From Candidatus Poribacteria bacterium (lineage in GTDB: Bacteria > Poribacteria > WGA-4E > UBA9662): a DNA stretch of 16,540 nt. The stretch is taken from assembly GCA_036339735.1 (NCBI GenBank), contig JAYZAL010000010.1:1-16540 (forward strand), read 5' to 3'. Under the pieces are notes generated by a model that worked only from the letters and a program-made list of their open reading frames with translations, did no database searches and was not told the DNA's origin. The position numbers and the translations under genes were made by a program. This document shows positions 9,432 to 16,540 of the stretch, piece after piece. Positions within the stretch are counted from its first letter, which is position 1, and the number at the start of each line of letters is the position of its first letter.

Positions 9432-11114
9432 CTAATTCCAAATTTGACAATCAGGTAATGATTGACGCAATTCTTTCTTCGCTTCATTACTCATATTTGT
9501 TCCTCTTAAAACTAAACGTCTTAGAGTGGTCATTTCTTTGAGGTATGGTAGTGATTGATCTCCTACTTCCGTTTCATTGAGATCTAAAACGGTTAATTTT
9601 GGCATAATTGAAATTTCGGCTATACTCTTGTCGCCGATTGATGTTACGCTAAGGCTTAGTTCTTCTAGCTGACTTAGATGAGACAAGTAAACTGCTGCCT
9701 GATCTGTAATTGACGCGCCTTGTAGGCTTAGCCGTCGCAAAGAAGTTAAGCCCTGTAAGTGCGCAACCCCTTGGTCAGTTATAAGAGTAGGTTTTTTTTG
9801 CGGTTGGCCAGGTACAGTCTCAAGATCCCATTCAAAACCTCCCAGACTGAGGTCCTGCAGGTTTGGCATTTTTGATAGTTCTGCTAGCGTTTTTTCTGTG
9901 ACCTCAGTTTGAAATAGGTTTAATTCGCGTAGATTTTTTAACCTAGGTAGATGCTTAGCAATTTCGTCTGTGATACCACAAGATTCTAAGTTAAGTGATT
10001 CTAATGTCTTAATTCCTGTCAAAAACTCGATTCCTGATCCTGTTACTCTGCTATTTTTTAATTCTAGTTGTCGTAGATTTTTCAGATTAGATAAATGTGC
10101 CAATCCTTCATCAGCGACTGGTGTTCTGTTCAGTTGTAACTTTTCTAGGTTGTTTAGAACTGATAGATGAACCAAAAATTGGCCTTGAAGAGGTGTAAAA
10201 CTTAAGTTTAAAGACTTGAGATGTCGAGATTTCAAATAACTTAAACCTTTTCCATGGATCCTAGTATGACTTAAATCAAGTATTTGTAAGGATCTGAGAT
10301 TAGCTAGTACACTTAGTCCCATATCACTGATTTGGCTGCTTTGTAGGTCTAAAAATTTGATCTTAACTAGGTTAGTCAGTGCCGGCATTCCTTTATCACC
10401 GACAAAGAAAGGGACGGCTAATTCTTCTAGCTGAGAATGTTTTTTCAAGTACATCAACCCAACATCACCAACATTAGTCTCTCTCAAACGAATTACTCTG
10501 AGATTGGTTAAATCAGTTAGATGACTTAGACCAGTATCTCCGACATAGGTGTCGTCTAAATTGAGTGCCTCTAGAGATTTCAGACCAGCCAAATGGACTA
10601 TGCCTTCATCATTCAAGTTCGCTTCTTGCATATCTAGTACTTTTAGCTGAATTAAGTTCGTAATATGGTAAAGTTGATCTTGATCCTCCAAATCATTAAG
10701 ATCTAAGCGATATAGACGATCCAAATCAAGATTAGCTATATCTTCCAGGTGGTTAGCAGTGTAAGGAGTTGTTTGTAATCTGATTTGTTGGCTCGAGTGT
10801 GTTTTTGGAATTATCATCTTTTTTTGATTTACCAGAACCCAACCCGTACGATCGTTTTCTATTTCTTTTTGTAGTCCCATCTGCATCCAAGAAGCGGGCT
10901 TCGGATTCTCAAACTCAGGCCAAGGTTGCTCGTTATCCATTTTCATAGTTCTGAGATAGAAACGCCCCCACTTCGCACTATTTTCTATATTTTCATTTAC
11001 TTTGATTGAGGGCTGTTTGGTTGAAACTAGTTTGCTACAACCCGTAAGGACAGACAATAACGCGAGAATGCCCTGACATACACGTATCAGATTCAATTTA
11101 ATAACCCACCTCAT
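9432..11114 (-). CDS. Leucine-rich repeat lipoprotein (about 24-aa repeats)
   Basis: Signal peptide with lipobox LTG|C26. About 17 repeats of consensus LxxLxxLxLxxTxVxDxGLxxL follow from about aa 130. The ATG overlaps the upstream gene by 17 nt. A TTG start 6 codons later is also possible. Confidence 0.9.
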   Translation of the reverse strand: MRWVIKLNLIRVCQGILALLSVLTGCSKLVSTKQPSIKVNENIENSAKWGRFYLRTMKMDNEQPWPEFENPKPASWMQMGLQKEIENDRTGWVLVNQKKMIIPKTHSSQQIRLQTTPYTANHLEDIANLDLDRLYRLDLNDLEDQDQLYHITNLIQLKVLDMQEANLNDEGIVHLAGLKSLEALNLDDTYVGDTGLSHLTDLTNLRVIRLRETNVGDVGLMYLKKHSQLEELAVPFFVGDKGMPALTNLVKIKFLDLQSSQISDMGLSVLANLRSLQILDLSHTRIHGKGLSYLKSRHLKSLNLSFTPLQGQFLVHLSVLNNLEKLQLNRTPVADEGLAHLSNLKNLRQLELKNSRVTGSGIEFLTGIKTLESLNLESCGITDEIAKHLPRLKNLRELNLFQTEVTEKTLAELSKMPNLQDLSLGGFEWDLETVPGQPQKKPTLITDQGVAHLQGLTSLRRLSLQGASITDQAAVYLSHLSQLEELSLSVTSIGDKSIAEISIMPKLTVLDLNETEVGDQSLPYLKEMTTLRRLVLRGTNMSNEAKKELRQSLPDCQIWN

Positions 11115-11814
11115 TTAAGGCTTGCCTCAGTATTTCCACAGATGATTTGAGGTAACTTTGACCGGCTAAGGCATTGGCCTGTCGAGGATCATTACCACCA
11201 ACCCCCTGTGGCCATACGGATTTATCTTCTGGTAATTGAGATAAATCAACTAAATCGGGTCTTAGTGCCATCACCAGTGAGGTTTCATTTTCAGCCGCGT
11301 GATCCATTTGACTTTTCCAGTTTTGACGAAAATCTTCAGTCACACCTAGTAGTTTTAGCCCAAACCGTACTTCCCGCTCAATCAAATGATTGACCCAAGA
11401 ATTACGAGATGGCCCATGCCCGTCAGCAAATACAACTTTGAAACCAGCTCGTTTCAACTGTATTAGAATATTGTCAATTAGCGACATAAATAGACCTTCT
11501 GACATCCAGTAACAACTACCGTCGAGCTGGCGATGGGGAGTAGTAACATCAGCAGTGTCCATTCCTTGCAATTGAGATCCGTTTGCTTGTAGCTGTGAAC
11601 GATCTGGTCCCACATAGATTGGTGGCATTACAATCCCACCTAATTGTTCTGCTGCCTTGATCATCAAACCATGACTAATAATTGCATCTGATCCCAAAGG
11701 TAAATGCTCTCCATGCCATTCCAAAGTGCCCAATGGTAGGTAGGCTACGGGGTACTCTGCCAATCGAAGTCGAAATTGATGAGGTAAAAGATCCTCGTAC
11801 CTGACAGTATCCAT
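11098..11814 (-). CDS. Creatininase family amidohydrolase-like protein
   Basis: PLGTLEWHGEHLPLGSD, DGHG, DHAAENETSLVMALRPDLVD and GVGGNDP. AAGGA SD upstream. Confidence 0.92.
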   Translation of the reverse strand: MDTVRYEDLLPHQFRLRLAEYPVAYLPLGTLEWHGEHLPLGSDAIISHGLMIKAAEQLGGIVMPPIYVGPDRSQLQANGSQLQGMDTADVTTPHRQLDGSCYWMSEGLFMSLIDNILIQLKRAGFKVVFADGHGPSRNSWVNHLIEREVRFGLKLLGVTEDFRQNWKSQMDHAAENETSLVMALRPDLVDLSQLPEDKSVWPQGVGGNDPRQANALAGQSYLKSSVEILRQALNEVGY

Positions 11815-12057
11815 TATAGTTCCTTTTTGGATTCTTTTTGTATTACGAAGAAGATATTAGTTGGTTTTTGCTAAGTAAGGTTTATAAACTTGCGACCAAT
11901 AATGACCTGATTTCAATTGATGTATCATAACATTGTAAATAGAGAAAGTGAACTCAGATATTAGACGTCCAAAAAATATTTGCGGTCTTAGCCCATAATC
12001 GTCATTCCCAGATTTTAATTTGATCCTTCCAACGGGAATAAAATCAATAATTTCTCA

Positions 12058-12075
12058 TTGTAAAACATCTTACAA
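12058..12075. promoter_or_regulatory. Palindromic candidate operator TTGTAA-N6-TTACAA
   Basis: Perfect 6-bp arms near the middle of the divergent intergenic region between the creatininase gene and creD. Confidence 0.4.
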
Positions 12076-12329
12076 GATTATACACTGGCTTGGTATTTTT
12101 TCTTAATTCTTGGTGGTTTAAAGAATAATGGCTTTTTTCTTTAGGACTCCAATGACTCTAAAGAATAAAAACATCAAGTTGTATGTCTTTCTTATATTTA
12201 CAAACGAGAAGTACAGATAATTGATCTGCTTGAACGCATTGTTAGGATTTGTCTAGCTGTTACTAAATTTCTCCTTGTGTCAAATTAAATATTCAGGAGT
12301 TTCGAAAAAAATATTATTCTTGATAGATT

Positions 12330-13664
12330 ATGATTAAAAAGGATACTGTACCAAGAACTATAAACTTTATTCGGAATTCAGCTACAGTCAAAGTTGCATC
12401 AATTGGTTTTTTGGTAGCATTACTACTAATTCCGACTTCTATGATTTCTGGTTTAGTCAGAGAGCGCTCTTCCACAAGAGATGAGGTAATTCAAGAGATT
12501 AGCCAGAAATGGGGAGGTCGGCAGGTTATCACTGGACCTTTTTTGTGCGTACCTTTTGAATCAACTGAGACTGATAAAAATGGGAAGTCCAAATCTAGAA
12601 TCCTCCACGTCAATATCTTACCGGAAAGCTTACAGATTTCCGGTCAAATTGTTCCTCATCTTAGGTATCGAAGCATCTATGAAGCCGTATTATATCAAAC
12701 CCAAATTGACATAAACTGTCGTTTTTCTCTACCTAAATCGGATCAATTATCGATGCCAGTTGAAAAGTTTCTTTTTGATAAGGCAGCTTTTTCCATAGGT
12801 ATTACCGATATGAGGGGAATCAAAGAAAACATTACCATTCAGTTCAACGATCAAGTCTTCAAAGGTGGGCCGGGTCTAAAAACAACCGATATTGCAGCTT
12901 CGGGTGTAAGTTGTGTAGTCCCTTTATCATCTTCCTCTCTCAAACTTGATTTCAATACTAAACTAAGCTTAAATGGGAGTCAGGAACTCCAATTTATACC
13001 CGTCGGTGAAATTACTAACGTTCAATTGACATCAGAATGGCCTTCGCCTAGTTTTAACGGAGCTTTTTTACCTGAAAACTCAACATTGACGGATAAAGGG
13101 TTTTCGGCGAATTGGCATATTCTACACTTAAATCGAAATTTTCCTCAATTCTGGGTTGGCAATCAATATCAGGTTCACGATTCGGCATTCGGTCTCAAAT
13201 TATTGGTTACCGCGGATGTCTACCAAAAACTAACAAGAATCGTAAAATATGCCTTGATGTTTATTATCTTTACCTTTTCTGCTTTCTTTCTTTCTGAGAT
13301 TATTCACCAAAAGAGAGTTCATCCGATCCAATATATGCTAATTGGGTTTGCTATCGTTTTGTTTTACGCTCTACTACTGTCAATTTCAGAACACTTGAAT
13401 TTCAACCTATCTTATGCTCTATCAGCATTGGCAATTACGACAATCATTACCGGATACTCGAATGCAATTTTACGAAGCTACTATTTCGCTTTGACTGTTT
13501 GTGGTATCATGGTTACGCTCTATGGTTATTTATACATAGTGCTCCAATTGGCAGATTATGCCTTAGTAATGGGTTGTATTGGCCTGTTCCTAATACTTGC
13601 AACTATAATGTACATTACTAGAAAAATAGACTGGTATTCTCTGAACGAAGATAGCAAAGCATAA
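12330..13664 (+). CDS. creD: Cell envelope integrity inner membrane protein CreD
   Basis: One N-terminal TM helix with 'LLIP...LVRER', followed by KWGGRQVITGP, YRSIY, LNGSQELQFIPVG, WPSPSFNGAFLP, KYALMFI, HPIQYMLIG, LLLSISEH and the terminal MYITRKIDWY. Confidence 0.95.
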   Translation: MIKKDTVPRTINFIRNSATVKVASIGFLVALLLIPTSMISGLVRERSSTRDEVIQEISQKWGGRQVITGPFLCVPFESTETDKNGKSKSRILHVNILPESLQISGQIVPHLRYRSIYEAVLYQTQIDINCRFSLPKSDQLSMPVEKFLFDKAAFSIGITDMRGIKENITIQFNDQVFKGGPGLKTTDIAASGVSCVVPLSSSSLKLDFNTKLSLNGSQELQFIPVGEITNVQLTSEWPSPSFNGAFLPENSTLTDKGFSANWHILHLNRNFPQFWVGNQYQVHDSAFGLKLLVTADVYQKLTRIVKYALMFIIFTFSAFFLSEIIHQKRVHPIQYMLIGFAIVLFYALLLSISEHLNFNLSYALSALAITTIITGYSNAILRSYYFALTVCGIMVTLYGYLYIVLQLADYALVMGCIGLFLILATIMYITRKIDWYSLNEDSKA

Positions 13665-13701
13665 ATGCCAGACTTAAATTTATCCGGTTTGGGCTGGGGG
13701 T

Positions 13702-15750
13702 TTAACCGACCAAGCTATGGTATCTCGCCATCCAATAGGCCAAGAGGTAGTCGACGCCACTATACTGAACATGAATCCCATGATAGCCAGGGTGGCCAGG
13801 GGCACGTCGAGCTTCTTCGCCCACATAGTAATTCCAACCAAACTCTTTTGGTGGCCGATGCTCAATCGGCAAATAGCTCCCCTGTCCATTTGGCAGGTGA
13901 TTTCTTTCCGCTAAAATATAAGCTAAAGATGTTCGTATAGGATGAGGTAGATCTCTATCTTTTAGTGAAACTCTAGCTTGCTGATCCCACCTCAAAACAT
14001 TCAAATTTTCGATCTGAAACTTGTATAGTTCCGCCACGGCTTTTTGGCCTGAATCACTTTCCGGATGGGCAATTGATTGATCTATCATTAAGTACGCATT
14101 ACCATGACGATGAGTGTCACTGTACAGATAGTGACAGATCCGCCGAATTTGTTGTCTTAGTTCAGTGTCATCTTCATATATTAAGAGGTGATACAAAGGC
14201 GAATCTTGGTGGTAATGTTGAAAAAATGGGTTTGAAGAAATTCTGGCTGCCTGCAAGGCATGGCCTAGAAAATAGTGTGGGTTAACTAATTCTAGATACT
14301 TATCTTGGTAGCTATCCTTTTGAGTGATATGGTAAGCGGACTTTAGAAAAGAGAGTGCGAAAAGAGGAGAAACCCAAAAATTACCATGGATGCACGGCTG
14401 TCCGTCCAGATCGATAGCCATCATTTGATTCTCAATAATCAGATCTGTAATTGCTTCTACATCGGTTCGAATTATCTCTTTCTCCACGTCAGTAGCAACA
14501 TGATCAAAATAGGTTGCTAATCCAAAAATATGACCACTGAGCTGATCACGACTAATATCACCGATCCAGTAGACACCATTGTTATTCCGATGCCATCTTT
14601 TTCGTCCTTCACCTAGTTTACCTTCTACTTCAGGAAGATAATACCTCGCTACGACACCTGGTTTACCGCTGATATTAGAAAGTTTATGTAGAGCTTCCCA
14701 CGACTGACGCGCAAAATCAGCTGCTTCTGGTTTACCTGTTACCGCGTAGCGTAAGCTTTCTGCACCAACATATAGTCCTGTCATCCAGTCCGCGTCTTCT
14801 TGCCATTGATTCTGTGCGGACTTAATTGGGAAACGAGTATCTAAGACTGAAACGACTTGCCCATCAATTAGACAACGCTGTTGCAAAAATTGACCAACAG
14901 TATCTGCTTTTCGACCTAGTTGGTCAGCATTTTTCCGAATTGGAACGTCTGCAGTAGATCGACTAATAACAGATAAATCGTGATAGGTGAATCCAATCTG
15001 AGCGTCCGCGGGGAGTTGAGGGAATTCTTTATTTTTAGCATGGAGAGAGTGGCTAACCCACTTCTTTGTACGCTGCAAGTAGAGTAGGTCATCTTCTAGG
15101 TCAGATTTTGTAGAAAGACCAAGTGAGTCGTTGATAATTAGTAAATCAAGTTGACTCTCATCTACAGCATGTTGCCAAGAGCGACGCCAAAGGTTTCGTA
15201 ACCTTTTTGATCGACCTATCCACTCACGGTCATTTGTATTGGCTTCATAGTGTAAACCTATTAAGTGAGGACAAGGAATAGTAGCCGAACACGAGACGGA
15301 ATAACCAAGCTCATGACAGAACTGAGCAACTTCGCGCAGGAAACCGACACCTATTTTTTTAACTGGCTGATCTAGTTGAATGGGTATATAAAAACCGCAG
15401 AAAGAAGTAACATCCTGATAAAGTACCGACAGCTCAGTTGCGGTGATTTGACAACGTTGAAGGTACGATTGCATCATCTTATCGTAATGCCATTCAGTCG
15501 TTGTATAGCAGGAATCTAGACCAAGCCAGACATCAATTTGGTAATCTTCAGCTGCTTCAAGACAGGTAGTAAGCCAGTTGGCGTCCCAATCCTGACCATA
15601 AGTTTGGGACGGATAAAAACTGCGACCATGACCACTGGTCCATTGGACTATTAAATTTTTGCCTCCCAAATCCGCTATTCGATCAATGTGGGATTTGGGG
15701 TTTTTCCATCTGAGAGCCAAAATCGGATTGATAAAAAAGCCATCGATCAT
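13702..15750 (-). CDS. Two-domain protein: N-terminal DUF4434-like (glycoside hydrolase TIM-barrel-like) domain plus uncharacterised helical C-terminal domain
   Basis: 682 aa. N-terminal IDGFF, LIVQWT, FYPS, LEAAEDYQIDVWLGL and FCGFYIP match the DUF4434 pattern. C-terminal part has DWMTGLYVGAESLRYAVTG, WIGDISRDQLSGHIFG and SGVDYLLAYWMARYH. Confidence 0.7.
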   Translation of the reverse strand: MIDGFFINPILALRWKNPKSHIDRIADLGGKNLIVQWTSGHGRSFYPSQTYGQDWDANWLTTCLEAAEDYQIDVWLGLDSCYTTTEWHYDKMMQSYLQRCQITATELSVLYQDVTSFCGFYIPIQLDQPVKKIGVGFLREVAQFCHELGYSVSCSATIPCPHLIGLHYEANTNDREWIGRSKRLRNLWRRSWQHAVDESQLDLLIINDSLGLSTKSDLEDDLLYLQRTKKWVSHSLHAKNKEFPQLPADAQIGFTYHDLSVISRSTADVPIRKNADQLGRKADTVGQFLQQRCLIDGQVVSVLDTRFPIKSAQNQWQEDADWMTGLYVGAESLRYAVTGKPEAADFARQSWEALHKLSNISGKPGVVARYYLPEVEGKLGEGRKRWHRNNNGVYWIGDISRDQLSGHIFGLATYFDHVATDVEKEIIRTDVEAITDLIIENQMMAIDLDGQPCIHGNFWVSPLFALSFLKSAYHITQKDSYQDKYLELVNPHYFLGHALQAARISSNPFFQHYHQDSPLYHLLIYEDDTELRQQIRRICHYLYSDTHRHGNAYLMIDQSIAHPESDSGQKAVAELYKFQIENLNVLRWDQQARVSLKDRDLPHPIRTSLAYILAERNHLPNGQGSYLPIEHRPPKEFGWNYYVGEEARRAPGHPGYHGIHVQYSGVDYLLAYWMARYHSLVG

Positions 15751-16266
15751 TTCTTTGGTATCTCTCGGTATTACTCTCTAAAACAGTATAGGTAATAGTT
15801 AGGGGAAATTTTTATAAGTCCAAAAACTGAAAATTTTGTCAAGCAGTTCCTTATAATATCATAAAAACGAAAAGCCAGAAAAAGATTATTTTAGGGGGCA
15901 ATTTAGGTGCGCTTTCTTTCTATTTAAAGTACTCTTTTGGCGACATTTCGTAATTCTCGTTTCTTGGTTAATCTAGAAAGTAGAAAATATCTGCAGTGAT
16001 TATTAAGCCTGTGCTAACATCCGATAATGAACCTCGTCGGACATTCAAATTTGATAGTTTGAACCTCTTGGGCAAGATTAGAATCAGATCCCTAGACAAA
16101 AAGTACATAACACGATTAATGTCAGAACAGACATCAAATGCCGAATTAGCAAGAGTCATCTTCAAAGAGTATTTTCTAGTGTTCGGCATATCCAAAATTT
16201 AATTTGTCAAAAACTGATCCAGAAAGTACATTTCTAATGTCAACTCAACTCCATACTTTCTAAGCC

Positions 16267-16308
16267 AAAGGTGTATCGTCTATTCGCAGATGATACACCT
16301 TTTTTATT
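16267..16308 (+). terminator. Rho-independent terminator
   Basis: 15-bp stem AAAGGTGTATCGTCT / AGATGATACACCTTT (one G-U pair on the + strand), loop ATTCGC, running into TTTTTTATT. Confidence 0.7.
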
Positions 16309-16540
16309 CCGATTGTTGGAGTTGTAGAACAATTAGCTACTAAAACAAAAGTGAAAATAGTTAATTAATCTCTTTTTACTTTCTTGACAGTCTGATCTTA
16401 AAAAAACTTACTTGACAAAAAACACACACAGACGAAGCAATATTAGCCGTAAAATCGAGAAAAGTTGAAAAATAGACTAGTCGATATTGGAACCCTCGAG
16501 ATAGAAGAACAACTGAAAATAAAAAAGCCGGACACTTAAA

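Noticed and set aside
9432..10750. Periodicity of about 72 nt as a DNA repeat or CRISPR array
   Set aside because: Explained by the protein-level 24-aa LRR repeats. No identical nucleotide repeats with unique spacers and no cas genes.
12001..12040. GTCATTCCC...GGGAAT, a REP/dRS3-like palindrome
   Set aside because: Only 6-bp arms around a 24-nt unpaired AT-rich spacer, single copy in the window.
9970..14285. ORFs 9970-10170, 11208-11393, 13112-13297, 13665-13940, 13680-13889, 13717-13914 and 14073-14285
   Set aside because: All overlap the LRR, creatininase, creD or DUF4434-like genes and are best explained as shadow ORFs.
15968..16202. Opposing ORFs 15968-16195 (-) and 15996-16202 (+) as real genes
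   Set aside because: Short, mutually overlapping, weak SD and no motifs. Not called as features, although the + ORF remains an alternative explanation for the terminator.
15893..16260. tmRNA, RNase P or SRP RNA (the segment begins GGGGGC)
   Set aside because: No tRNA-like TCGAC after the 5' end, no T-loop or CCA end, no GAGGAAAGTCC of RNase P and no SRP domain IV motif.
16384..16450. Two TTGACA hexamers near the window end
   Set aside because: Neither has a convincing -10 at 16-18 bp spacing, and the downstream gene lies outside the window.

Overview
AT-rich (roughly 40% GC by eye) bacterial window with 11 credible protein-coding genes in mixed orientation. I found no rRNA, tRNA, CRISPR array or transposase. 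In order, the genes encode: the 3' end of a PhyH-family 2OG/Fe(II) dioxygenase; a GATase-like + HExxH...E (M60-like) metallopeptidase; an alkaline-phosphatase-superfamily phosphodiesterase; a DUF1932-type NAD(P)-dependent dehydrogenase; a DUF6785/DUF6784-type multi-pass membrane protein; an alpha/beta hydrolase; a minus-strand cluster of creatininase-family enzyme, LRR lipoprotein and Gfo/Idh/MocA oxidoreductase; an orphan creD; and a DUF4434-like/uncharacterised-domain fusion. The gene mix suggests Candidatus Poribacteria or a similar catabolic lineage (inference). The best leads are the M60-like peptidase, the DUF4434-like fusion whose TIM domain seems to have lost its catalytic glutamates, the creatininase-LRR-Gfo cluster, and a hairpin-dense, terminator-ended + strand segment at about 16.0-16.33 kb that may be an unannotated structured RNA. 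All family calls come from motif recognition by eye, not database searches. No complete novel system is demonstrated.
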